From contig CAYRUB010000003.1 of assembly GCA_964427405.1 (NCBI GenBank), positions 64,946 through 128,945 on the forward strand: a DNA stretch of 64,000 bases. Direction: 5' to 3'. The notes under the pieces were generated by a model that saw only the letters and a program-made list of their open reading frames with translations, did not search any database and was not told the origin of the DNA. Numbering within the stretch: position 1 is the first letter of the stretch; each line of letters opens with the position of its first letter. Shown one piece after another: positions 28,552 through 37,748 of this stretch. The position numbers and the translations under genes were made by a program. This DNA comes from an uncultured Planctomycetales bacterium. Lineage in GTDB: Bacteria > Omnitrophota > Gorgyraeia > Gygaellales > Profunditerraquicolaceae.

Positions 28552-29629
28552 TAGCTATCTCCTGACAAGCAGCTGGTTTAGCTGCCTGGATGACATTCTT
28601 CTTTAAATTCTGGAGTTTCTGCGGATTATTCTTTAGATCAACAATCAACTCTTTAATCTGCTTAATATTCTCCGGGGCGCATCCTACTCCGTAACCGGCT
28701 AAAATCCTGATATTCTCCTGCTCCTGCCCCGGTATCGCAGATATAAAAATAGGAAATAATCCCATATTCATAAATTCCGCGATGCTTAAGCCTCCGGGCT
28801 TGGTAATTATAACATCAGAAACCCCCATAAGCTCTTGCGCGTTATTCACAAATCCAAAAACTTTCACATTCTCTAAGTTCCGTTTTTGCAGGCGGATGAA
28901 AAGCCTTTTATTTTTCGCGCAAACTACCAGCACCTGTGCCTGACTACAAAGACCTTCGGCAATTTCCTCAAGCGGCCCGGAACCGAACGAACCGGTCATA
29001 ATCAGCACCGTAAATTTATTTCCATCTATTCCAAATTTTTCCGCCAACTGAGCTCTATTTTGAGTTTTAGTAAAACTAGGGTTAAACGGAATACCGGAAG
29101 CTTGAATCTTTTCTCCGGCTATCCCCATATTTAATAATTTATCTCTGGTTAATCCTGAAGCAACGATATAAAGATCAGTGCCGTTTGAAACCCAAAACGG
29201 ATGCACCCCGAAGTCTGTAATTACCGTAACCAGCTTTGCTTGGATTTTATTTCTTAGTTTTAAATTTGCGGACAACTCTGAATTAAGAAAATGCGTGGAG
29301 ATAATAAAATCAAACTTTTCTTTAATTAAATAGCCAACGAATTTGTGACAACCAAGATAATTTGCGATTAAAGCGCTTTTACGGCTAAGCCAACGAGTCA
29401 GCGGGTTTTCGGTCATCCAGAAAAAAAATCCCCAAAGCCAGGTGGCATAATGCACTAAAAACGGATACCCGGAATTGTAGCAAAAACGAAAAAAAGGATT
29501 GGCAAAGGGGAGGATATCGACTAACTCAAGTGTCAGGTCCTTACGGTTGTTTTTTAAATAATCATATATCGCCTCAGCCGCCCTGCGATGCCCGGCCCCT
29601 GCTGAAGCATAAGTAATCAATACTTTCAT
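28538..29629 (-). CDS. Diacylglycerol glycosyltransferase (MGDG synthase/UgtP-like, GT28)
   Basis: ASAGAGHRRAAEA, VITDFGVHPFW, ITKPGGLS, IPGQEQEN. Confidence 0.85.
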   Translation of the reverse strand: MKVLITYASAGAGHRRAAEAIYDYLKNNRKDLTLELVDILPFANPFFRFCYNSGYPFLVHYATWLWGFFFWMTENPLTRWLSRKSALIANYLGCHKFVGYLIKEKFDFIISTHFLNSELSANLKLRNKIQAKLVTVITDFGVHPFWVSNGTDLYIVASGLTRDKLLNMGIAGEKIQASGIPFNPSFTKTQNRAQLAEKFGIDGNKFTVLIMTGSFGSGPLEEIAEGLCSQAQVLVVCAKNKRLFIRLQKRNLENVKVFGFVNNAQELMGVSDVIITKPGGLSIAEFMNMGLFPIFISAIPGQEQENIRILAGYGVGCAPENIKQIKELIVDLKNNPQKLQNLKKNVIQAAKPAACQEIASVIC

Positions 29630-30162
29630 ATTAAAAATTTAGCAGCCGCGAAGAGATCCTTAAACACAAAATCCGGCTTTACTTCCCAATTCTTTTGATT
29701 AGACAATTTCTCTTTGCCGGAAAAAATGAGAATGGATTTAGCGCCCACGGCATAAGCAGTCAGTACATCGCGTATAGTATCACCCACAAAATATGATTTC
29801 CTCAAGTTAATCTTGAATTCCCGGCCGGCTTTCTTGAGCAAACCAGGCTTGGGCTTGCGGCAGCTGCAACCTGCCTCTTTACGATGCGTGCAATAATAGA
29901 CCTTGGCGATTTTTCCGCCTGCCCGTTCAATATCACAAAGCATCTTGGCAGTTATGCTATCTAATGTTTTCTGAGCATAAGTTCCCTTGCCCACTCCGGC
30001 CTGGTTGGATGCCACAAATATCTTAAAACCCGCCTTACTCAACAAAGCAATTGCTTTTTTTGCATGGGGCAAAAACCTAAACTTCTTAAGCGAAGTTACA
30101 TACAATCTATCGCCGGGATATTTGTTTATAACGCCGTCTCTATCTAAAAATACCGCTTTCAT
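29626..30162 (-). CDS. gmhB: D,D-heptose 1,7-bisphosphate phosphatase (HAD-IIIA)
   Basis: FLDRDGVIN, SNQAG, CTH...CSCRKPKPG, VGD. Confidence 0.88.
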   Translation of the reverse strand: MKAVFLDRDGVINKYPGDRLYVTSLKKFRFLPHAKKAIALLSKAGFKIFVASNQAGVGKGTYAQKTLDSITAKMLCDIERAGGKIAKVYYCTHRKEAGCSCRKPKPGLLKKAGREFKINLRKSYFVGDTIRDVLTAYAVGAKSILIFSGKEKLSNQKNWEVKPDFVFKDLFAAAKFLI

Positions 30163-30926
30163 GTCTTCTTATTTTTCATCTCCCAATATTTCGCGTACGT
30201 CATTAACTGATACGCGCTGGAAGCAAGTGCCATCATAAACCCGATATATCCGTCCTTTTTACCTTTCTTTATATAATAAAACTTAATATACCGGGTAATC
30301 GCCTTAAACATACAAAAACCAAAACTCATCTTCCTCTTATCCCTAAACCATTTCTTTGCCTCAAAATCAGTCTGGTGGTTAAGCTTAGAAAAGAGATTCT
30401 TAAAATCTTTGTAGGCATAGTGGATTATATCCGATTTCAAAGTATAAGTCGGGCCATTTAAAAACGCCCGGGGATGATACTCCGCCTCTTCTTCGTAATG
30501 GAATTCTTTCCTGGCATACATCTTAAGCTTAGCGTTAGGATACCAACCTCCGTATTTAATCCAATAATCCCCTATAAAATTTCTATGCGGTATATTATAT
30601 CCGGGGAATTTCGGCCCCTCTTTAAATATTTTAATAATCTCATCCCTCAATTCAGGCGTAACCCGCTCATCAGAATCAAGGCTCAAAATATAATCATATT
30701 TGGCTAAAGAATAAGCATAATTCCTATGGGCGCCCTCTTTTTCCCATTTCTTAATATGAATCTTATCCGTATATTTCTTGACAATCTCCAGCGTATTATC
30801 CGAGCTCATGTCATCAACAATTACAATTTCACCCGCCCAATCACAAACACTCTTTAAACAATCCTCGATAATCGCTGCGCTGTTCTTGGTCAAGGTTACT
30901 ACCGTTAAATTAATCTTATCCATCAA
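30159..30926 (-). CDS. GT2 LPS beta-glucosyltransferase (WaaE/KdtX-like)
   Basis: DDMSSDNT, LSLDSDER, GGWYP, YAKYWE. Confidence 0.85.
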   Translation of the reverse strand: MMDKINLTVVTLTKNSAAIIEDCLKSVCDWAGEIVIVDDMSSDNTLEIVKKYTDKIHIKKWEKEGAHRNYAYSLAKYDYILSLDSDERVTPELRDEIIKIFKEGPKFPGYNIPHRNFIGDYWIKYGGWYPNAKLKMYARKEFHYEEEAEYHPRAFLNGPTYTLKSDIIHYAYKDFKNLFSKLNHQTDFEAKKWFRDKRKMSFGFCMFKAITRYIKFYYIKKGKKDGYIGFMMALASSAYQLMTYAKYWEMKNKKT

Positions 30927-30951
30927 TATTCTCCTTTAGCGCTATCCCTAT

Positions 30952-32070
30952 TTATTTACTAACCCTGCTTCGAACCTGGTCAATAATATAATCCTTTTCT
31001 TCCTGCGTAATTTCCGGATCTATCGGCAAAGTGAATATCTGTCTTGCCGCCGATTCCGCCTCCGGAAAATCCCCTCTCTTATACCCTAGATACTTAAAAC
31101 ATTTCTGCAAATGCAGCGGCACCGGATAGAACACCCGCGAGTCAATACCCTTCTCATGCAGATACTCCATAAATCCCTTATTGGAAGCCGATGTGCGTAA
31201 AGTATACTGATGATAAATATGCGTGGTATAACTGGGCACAAACGGAGTCTTTATTCCCAAACCCGCCAGTTTCTCATTATAGTAGCGAGCGACATCCTGC
31301 CTTTTCTTGTTCCATCCATCCAGATATTTAAGCTTAACATCCAAAACAACCGCCTGAATTGTATCCAGGCGGTTGTTGCGGCCCAAAACCATATGATAAT
31401 ATTTATTCTTATTTCCCTGATTACGCAAAATATTCAGCTTCTCAAACAAGGCTTTATTATTTGTCAAAATCAACCCGGCATCGCCGAAAGCCCCCAGGTT
31501 TTTGCCCGGATAAAAACTTACCGCCCCGCAATCGCCCAGAGTTCCGGCTTTCTTACCACGGTACTCGGCGCCAAACGCCTGCGCAGTATCCTCAACTACT
31601 TTTATTTTAAATTTAGCCGCCAGCTTCAATATTCCATCCATATCCGCGCACTGGCCATAAAGATGCACAGGGATAATCGCCTTAATTTTTAATTTATTCT
31701 TCTTAGACAATATCTTCTCAACACCCGTAAGCGAAATATTATAAGTATCACGGTCAATATCCGCGAATACCGGATGCGCCCCGATACTTGCCACCGCCCC
31801 TGCCGTAGCATAATAGGTAAACGTAGGACAAATCACCCCGTCTCCGGGTTCAACCCCCAAAGCAAGCAAGGCCAATGCTATAGCGTCAGTCCCATTTGAA
31901 ACCCCGACCGCGTATTTTGCCCCGGAATACTCCACAACATCCTGCTCAAACTTATCAACACCGGATCCCAATACAAAACTGGTATTATCAATTACCTCTT
32001 TTATCGCCGCATCTATTTCCTGCCGTATCGGCGCAATTTGTTTCTTCAAATCCAATGCCGCTATTTTCAT
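30952..32070 (-). CDS. DegT/DnrJ/EryC1/StrS aminotransferase
   Basis: SNGTDA, PVHLYGQ, EDTAQA, SFYPGKNLGAFGDAG. Confidence 0.93.
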   Translation of the reverse strand: MKIAALDLKKQIAPIRQEIDAAIKEVIDNTSFVLGSGVDKFEQDVVEYSGAKYAVGVSNGTDAIALALLALGVEPGDGVICPTFTYYATAGAVASIGAHPVFADIDRDTYNISLTGVEKILSKKNKLKIKAIIPVHLYGQCADMDGILKLAAKFKIKVVEDTAQAFGAEYRGKKAGTLGDCGAVSFYPGKNLGAFGDAGLILTNNKALFEKLNILRNQGNKNKYYHMVLGRNNRLDTIQAVVLDVKLKYLDGWNKKRQDVARYYNEKLAGLGIKTPFVPSYTTHIYHQYTLRTSASNKGFMEYLHEKGIDSRVFYPVPLHLQKCFKYLGYKRGDFPEAESAARQIFTLPIDPEITQEEKDYIIDQVRSRVSK

Positions 32071-32080
32071 AATCTTACCT

Positions 32081-33211
32081 CTATTTTAACAACCTCCCCA
32101 CCGCTTCAAATACCGCATCAACGCTAATCTGTTTTAAACACTCTTTATCTTTATCGCAAACCGGCAGCCTGAAATTCTTATAACACGGCCGGCAAGCCAT
32201 ATCCCATTTCAAAACTATATGCGTCCACTTCCCGGGATACGGCCCATATACCGTCTCGCTCACCGGGCCAAAAATTGAAACTGATCTAACCCCCAACGCC
32301 ACTGCCATATGCATCGGCCCGCCGTCATTAGTAATAAGCAAGTTGCAATTCTTGATTACCCCCGGCAAAATATCCAATCCCGTCTTACCCGTCAAATCTA
32401 TCGGCTTATTGCGCATCGCATGAACCATTACTTCGGCGATCTTGCGCTCTGACTCATCACCCAAAATTACCACCTTGGCGCCAAATTTATCTATCAGCTT
32501 ATTCGCTAACTGGGCAAACTTTAATGCCGGCCAGTGCTTGTAAGAGGCATCCTTACCCCAACTGCCTCCAGCTCCGGGGGCAATACCAATAACCAAATCC
32601 TTCTCTTCAATTCCCGCTGCCGCAAGCAAATTTCTTGCCCTCGTTTCACTTTCCGAAGAAACAGCCAGAAGCATCTCTTTATTATTAACTGAAATATCTA
32701 AGAATTTGAGCAGCTCTAAATAATACTCCACCACATGCTTATCATGGTAACCATCTATGTCCAGGCGGCTAGTCAGGAATCTTCCCCTACCCTTATAATT
32801 AAATCCAATACGCCTGCCTATCCCCATTATTTTTGCAAATAGACTATAACGGTGATCGAGAGAGAAATCAAGACAAATATCAAAACGCTCTTTTTTTATT
32901 TGCCAGGTTAATTTAATCGCGCTCCAAACACCCTTAAAGAATGACTCCTCGTAAATCTTCTTAAGGTCACCGCGCGAAAGAGCAAAAACTTTATTTATCT
33001 GAGGGTTACTCTCCAAAATTGGTTTAACCCGCAAATTCGACCAGTAACCAATAAAACTCGTTGGATAACGCCCCTTAATCGCCTTTATAACCTGTGTGGT
33101 AAATAAAACATCCCCTATCCCAAATGGATTAACAATCAGGAATTTAGGGTCGGATCGGCTTACCCTACCTGCATTCTTTAATAAAATCGTCTTCAAATCT
33201 TTCAATATCAT
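32081..33211 (-). CDS. GT9 LPS heptosyltransferase (WaaF-like); start lies inside the manC 3' end and is uncertain
   Basis: NPFGIGDVL, KHWP, TNDGGPMHMAVA, CRPC. Confidence 0.88.
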   Translation of the reverse strand: MILKDLKTILLKNAGRVSRSDPKFLIVNPFGIGDVLFTTQVIKAIKGRYPTSFIGYWSNLRVKPILESNPQINKVFALSRGDLKKIYEESFFKGVWSAIKLTWQIKKERFDICLDFSLDHRYSLFAKIMGIGRRIGFNYKGRGRFLTSRLDIDGYHDKHVVEYYLELLKFLDISVNNKEMLLAVSSESETRARNLLAAAGIEEKDLVIGIAPGAGGSWGKDASYKHWPALKFAQLANKLIDKFGAKVVILGDESERKIAEVMVHAMRNKPIDLTGKTGLDILPGVIKNCNLLITNDGGPMHMAVALGVRSVSIFGPVSETVYGPYPGKWTHIVLKWDMACRPCYKNFRLPVCDKDKECLKQISVDAVFEAVGRLLK

Positions 33212-34556
33212 CTTCCTCCAGATACGCGCCTGTCTGCACCTCAACAATTTTTAGTGGCGCACGCAAAGGGTTTTCCAAACGATGTTTTCTGGCCTTAGGT
33301 ATATACACACTCTCGTTACTGCGTACAAATGAAACCTTTCCCACACTGGTAACCTTTGCCATGCCGGAAACCACCACCCAATGCTCAGCCCTGCTTTTAT
33401 GCCTTTGTAAACTAAGGCGTTTTTTGGACGTAATCTCAATAAGCTTTATCTTAAAACCTGGGCCTTCCTGTAAAACAGTAAAAGAACCCCAAGGCCTGCG
33501 TTCAGTCAAATGCACCTGATGCTCTTTACGCTTAAGCGTCTTTAGCCTTTCAACCAACTGCTTCACATCCTGAGTCCTATTCCTATCGCAAACCAGTAAG
33601 GCATCCGGGGTATCCGCGATAACCATATTATTAACACCAATCGTCGAAACCAGCCTGTTGCCTCTGGCAAATACGCATACGCCATGACTATCAACATTCA
33701 AGGTATCACTATTAGTGATATTACCCTTTTTATCTTTCGGAAAAATCTCCGCAAGCGCATCCCAACTGCCTAAATCCGTCCAGTAAAAATCGGCGGGGAT
33801 GAGCGCAATCCTGCGGGAGTGCTCCATAATCCCGTAATCAATAGAAATCGCCTCAATCCTCGGCCAGATTTTAGGAATATCTTTTACCGAATTAATCAAC
33901 CGCAGATTAGCGTACAGTTTAGGCAAATATTTTTTTGTCTCATCCAGAAACACCGAAGCCTTCCAAACAAACATCCCGCTATTCCAAAAAAATTTCTTAT
34001 CCTTAAAATATTTCTTTGCCTTACTTAAATCCGGTTTCTCCAGAAATTTCTCAACTACGCTATGCCCATTTTTCTTACCGCCAACTTTTATATACCCATA
34101 CCCCGTAGACGCAGCGCTCGGCTTAATCCCTATTGTAACCAAAAGATCTCTCCTAGCGCAGGCAATTGCTTTTTTAATCGTTTTCTTAAAATTCTCTATA
34201 TTTTTAATATAATGATCCGAAGGCAAAACCAGGAGCACCGCATCATTATCTATTCGGCTGATTAACTTCGCGCAAAGCCCAACCGCAGGAGCGGTATTCT
34301 TACCTTGCGGTTCCAGGATTATATTCGCGTCAGGAATGCCAAATTTAGCAACCTGCGCCTTTACTTCATAGAAATAAATATTATTCGTGACAATATAAGT
34401 ATGCCGCGCATCCACCACGCCTTTTAAACGCCGGATAGTTGCCTGCAAGAGGCTTGCCTGTCCGATAATCTTCATAAACTGCTTTGGTTCAAGCTCGCGC
34501 GAAAACGGCCAAAACCTGCTTCCCACTCCCCCGGCTAAAATAACCGCATAATTCAT
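33165..34556 (-). CDS. manC: Mannose-1-phosphate guanylyltransferase/mannose-6-phosphate isomerase
   Basis: LAGGVGSRFWP.SR..PKQF, WNSGMF, ISIDY, RPWG, cupin LSLQRH. Confidence 0.95.
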   Translation of the reverse strand: MNYAVILAGGVGSRFWPFSRELEPKQFMKIIGQASLLQATIRRLKGVVDARHTYIVTNNIYFYEVKAQVAKFGIPDANIILEPQGKNTAPAVGLCAKLISRIDNDAVLLVLPSDHYIKNIENFKKTIKKAIACARRDLLVTIGIKPSAASTGYGYIKVGGKKNGHSVVEKFLEKPDLSKAKKYFKDKKFFWNSGMFVWKASVFLDETKKYLPKLYANLRLINSVKDIPKIWPRIEAISIDYGIMEHSRRIALIPADFYWTDLGSWDALAEIFPKDKKGNITNSDTLNVDSHGVCVFARGNRLVSTIGVNNMVIADTPDALLVCDRNRTQDVKQLVERLKTLKRKEHQVHLTERRPWGSFTVLQEGPGFKIKLIEITSKKRLSLQRHKSRAEHWVVVSGMAKVTSVGKVSFVRSNESVYIPKARKHRLENPLRAPLKIVEVQTGAYLEEDDIERFEDDFIKECR

Positions 34557-34569
34557 CTGCGCCGCTCCC

Positions 34570-35295
34570 CTACTTAACCGCTTTTATAATTAAATGCCTG
34601 CCAAACAGTATTTCCTTTGAAGACAGGATTTTATGTATTCTCCTGTAATCTATATTACCACCTTTTTTCACTGTCCGCCTTTCTTTTTGCCAGGCCAGAA
34701 GCTTGATCATCGGCAATAAATACCATAAACCATAACCTTCGTAATTACTCGCAAATATTTTCTCAACCTCAAAACCTGAAGCAGATAATAAAAACTCTAA
34801 TTCCTGGTATCTATACGGAACAATGTGCAAATTAAAAATAACCTCCTTAGGATTTTTTGCCTGATCCAAGGGCGGCTCCCTGAAATACTCATAACAACCT
34901 TCAAACATGAATCTAAGCCTTGATTTTAAGCTAAGGATGTTGGGAGTAGATATGATCAAAGAACCTCCCTTTTTAATAACCCTGTTAATTTCCGAAATAA
35001 CCGTATAAGGATTTCTCAAATGCTCCACAACTTCCATTAATAAAACATAGTCAAAAGTATTATCCTTAAAAGGCATTTCTTTGGTTATATCGCAATGTTT
35101 AAACTCAATCTCATTATTATACTTAAACCTTACTATATCAATATCCCCTGCGATAACATCAAATCCTAAATCTTTTAACCTTCTTGCGTAATCCCCGTCT
35201 CCACAACCAAGGTCCAGGATTTTGCCTTTTGGTAAACCGGAAAAATTACTGATTACTGACTCAAGAAGAAAGTTAACCTTTTTTTTCTTTTTCAC
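34570..35295 (-). CDS. Class I SAM-dependent methyltransferase
   Basis: ILDLGCGDG, EVVEHL, STPN. Confidence 0.88.
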   Translation of the reverse strand: MKKKKKVNFLLESVISNFSGLPKGKILDLGCGDGDYARRLKDLGFDVIAGDIDIVRFKYNNEIEFKHCDITKEMPFKDNTFDYVLLMEVVEHLRNPYTVISEINRVIKKGGSLIISTPNILSLKSRLRFMFEGCYEYFREPPLDQAKNPKEVIFNLHIVPYRYQELEFLLSASGFEVEKIFASNYEGYGLWYLLPMIKLLAWQKERRTVKKGGNIDYRRIHKILSSKEILFGRHLIIKAVK

Positions 35296-36181
35296 ATTGC
35301 CTCCTTACTGCTTCTAAAACTTCATCCACACTAATATCCTCAAGGCTGCTCTTCTCAATAACTACATGCTCCTCTCCCCGCGGCCCCCAGCGTAGCGCGG
35401 TCTTACCCGGCAAATCATTCCTGAACAACGCTATCACCGGCGTACCCACACTAGCCGCCAAATGCACCGGACCGCTATCGCAAGAAATAAGCAAAGAGCA
35501 ATGCTTCAACAGAGCGGCTAATTCCAGTAAAGAAGTTTTATTAACCATGTTGATAATACCATCTCCTGCATCCAAAACACCTTGCGATAATCCCACCATA
35601 ACAACCCTTAACCCCAACTCACACTTAATTCTCTGCGCTAATCCCCTAAACCTTTCAGGCGGCCACTGCTTAAGCGGATCACTGGTAAATGGATGTACTG
35701 CTACAATTTTCTGGCCGACAAACTCTTTAAAAAGATTATCATTAACCTTAATCTTAAGTGTTTTATTAAGTGTTTTTGCGCCAATCAATCCCACCAACTC
35801 CAAATTACAATCCACCTCGTACCTATCCCCAAAGTGTTTAATATCTTTTAATTTATGCGTCAGTAAGAATCCCCATTTCCTATCATAACCAACGCGCAGC
35901 GGAATCCCTGCCCGAAAAGAAGCCCAGTGCGCCTCTTTAGTAGGATTTAAAACGATGCAGGCGTCAAACTTTTGTTTGCGTAATCCTTTGCGGAATTGTT
36001 CATCCCAAACCACAACCTCATCAACACACTCAATTGCTCCTGCCAATTCATAAACCGCTTGATTTACCGCCAAGCTAAGCTTTGACTGCGGATATGCCTC
36101 TTTCAGCGCGCGCATTGCCGGGATATTCAGCAAAAACTCCCCAAACCGGTCATTACGTATAACTAGTATATTTTTAATCAT
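35273..36181 (-). CDS. GT9 heptosyltransferase-like glycosyltransferase
   Basis: ILVIRNDRFGE, KQWP, SCDSGPVHLAA; start placed at MIKNIL. Confidence 0.85.
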   Translation of the reverse strand: MIKNILVIRNDRFGEFLLNIPAMRALKEAYPQSKLSLAVNQAVYELAGAIECVDEVVVWDEQFRKGLRKQKFDACIVLNPTKEAHWASFRAGIPLRVGYDRKWGFLLTHKLKDIKHFGDRYEVDCNLELVGLIGAKTLNKTLKIKVNDNLFKEFVGQKIVAVHPFTSDPLKQWPPERFRGLAQRIKCELGLRVVMVGLSQGVLDAGDGIINMVNKTSLLELAALLKHCSLLISCDSGPVHLAASVGTPVIALFRNDLPGKTALRWGPRGEEHVVIEKSSLEDISVDEVLEAVRRQCEKEKKG

Positions 36182-36267
36182 TTCAGGATTCATAGACAGT
36201 CTATGTAAGTACAGTAGAAATAAAGGGTTACAAAACAAATACCTAGCGCTCACCTAATTGGTTATTT

Positions 36268-37086
36268 TCAAACCAATCTTTTAACTTTTTTAGATTGCTC
36301 TAAGAAATTATCTCTTGAGACAATAGGCCTTCTTATCCTTTTTTCCAACTGCTTTCTGGCATTACCGGCAATATCTCCTCCGGCTTTGGCATCAGATTTA
36401 AGCTTCGGCACACCCTGCGAATCTTCAGTGCGGTGAATTTCGGTAGTTGACCTTTCTCCAAGCATCGTAAAGATAAGCTCAAAATCGTCCATATGGTCGC
36501 GCAGGTTTTCACGTTTTAACCGTTTTATCTTTTTATATTGGCTAGGGGTAATTCCAAAGGTAGCTTTAGAAATTTCTGCTGTTAAAATTTCGTAATCCTT
36601 TTGCTCTTGCGCCCCGCGCTTCTGCCATTCATCCGTAAGTTCTTCCCGAATGGCAATGCCCCGCATCCGTTTTTCGATCCAGCTATCGGAATATCCCTTA
36701 AGCTTATAGAGCATCCTTGTCCGTTTGGTTGCCAGTTCAGGATCTTCGATCTCTTTAATCCGCTCATAACCAACTTTAGCCATCCATCGCTTAAATGGCT
36801 CGGCTTTAGGCGATGGGATTGATTGAATAATACGAAAGGTGCCTTCCGTATTGGCGCAGTTCAGCTTTTGAGGCCCTCCTGCCGTCTTAATTAAAAGGGG
36901 GGTGGCAATTTGCCCCCACCCTTTGGACAACTCCGGATCTCTCCTACGCATATCTTTTATATACCCATCAGGTTGAACTGAATCCGTAAGCACCGCCACT
37001 ACATCATTAACCACAAACCACCATTCATTATTATGAATGGTTTTGCGCACCTTTTGCCCCTTAAATACTGATATTTTTATTTCCAT
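36268..37086 (-). CDS. Bro-N domain (phage antirepressor-like) DNA-binding protein
   Basis: EWWFVVNDVV, RIIQSIPSPKAEPFKRW, ENLRDHM; AAGGAG RBS. Confidence 0.85.
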   Translation of the reverse strand: MEIKISVFKGQKVRKTIHNNEWWFVVNDVVAVLTDSVQPDGYIKDMRRRDPELSKGWGQIATPLLIKTAGGPQKLNCANTEGTFRIIQSIPSPKAEPFKRWMAKVGYERIKEIEDPELATKRTRMLYKLKGYSDSWIEKRMRGIAIREELTDEWQKRGAQEQKDYEILTAEISKATFGITPSQYKKIKRLKRENLRDHMDDFELIFTMLGERSTTEIHRTEDSQGVPKLKSDAKAGGDIAGNARKQLEKRIRRPIVSRDNFLEQSKKVKRLV

Positions 37087-37239
37087 ATCGCCCTTCTCCT
37101 TTCTCGCGTTATTATTACTTACTCTCTACTGTAATTGACGCAAGAAAAGACAAAATCTAACAAATAATCTTTTAATCTAAAATATTTGTTCTATATCTCT
37201 CTACATTCCAAGACTTTAGCTACACTGTCTATAGGACCT

Positions 37240-37398
37240 TTAAAAAAGCGTATAAATAAACGGGGCTACCGCGCTACTTTGAGTAAAAAATATCAATAAT
37301 CCCAGCAAAATAAGTATAACTAATATCGGAGTCAGCCACCATTTCTTTCTTAAACGTAAGAAATCCCATAATTCTTTTAAAATCCCCAACTTACCCAT
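37240..37398 (-). CDS. Small membrane protein, DUF5989/SxtK-like (missing from the ORF track)
   Basis: Manual translation MGKLGILKELWDFLRLRKKWWLTPILVILILLGLLIFFTQSSAVAPFIYTLF; AAGGAGG RBS. Confidence 0.88.
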   Translation of the reverse strand: MGKLGILKELWDFLRLRKKWWLTPILVILILLGLLIFFTQSSAVAPFIYTLF

Positions 37399-37401
37399 TT
37401 A

Positions 37402-37501
37402 TTCCTCCTTGTCCAGAAGGGACACACCCGCGCAATTGCGCTACATAGCGCACACCGACGCAATACATATTAGCGTCGGGTGATTGTCAACGCGGGGTGT
37501 T
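37402..37501 (-). repeat. Structured two-hairpin element, copy 2, with a third copy nested in its loop (about 37433-37486)
   Basis: Same architecture as 7045-7097, with compensatory changes. Confidence 0.75.
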
Positions 37502-37748
37502 AAAATTGCCTCTCATAAGACGCTACTCCAAATTCATTCTTATCTTTTTTTCTCCAATATGATTTCCCTTCTTTACTGATTTCTTCCTCTAACAAATCCT
37601 TACGCAGTAATTTTAAAATACATCCGATTGGCGTAAAAACAAAATAGAATATTAAAAATAATAATAATCTGGTGTTGACCCAGGATAAAACATACGCTAA
37701 TTTCATCCAACAAATGTATAAATGTTTAAATATGGAGGCAATTTTCAT
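37500..37748 (-). CDS. SxtJ-like membrane protein (short form)
   Basis: WMKLA..LSWVNTRLLL...FTPIG, SYWRK, YERQF. Confidence 0.8.
   Translation of the reverse strand: MKIASIFKHLYICWMKLAYVLSWVNTRLLLFLIFYFVFTPIGCILKLLRKDLLEEEISKEGKSYWRKKDKNEFGVASYERQF

Noticed and set aside
37402-37502. Integron attC interpretation of the structured element (TAAC at a stop codon, bulged base)
   Set aside because: There is no complementary GTT R' box at the other end, no integrase and no cassette array.
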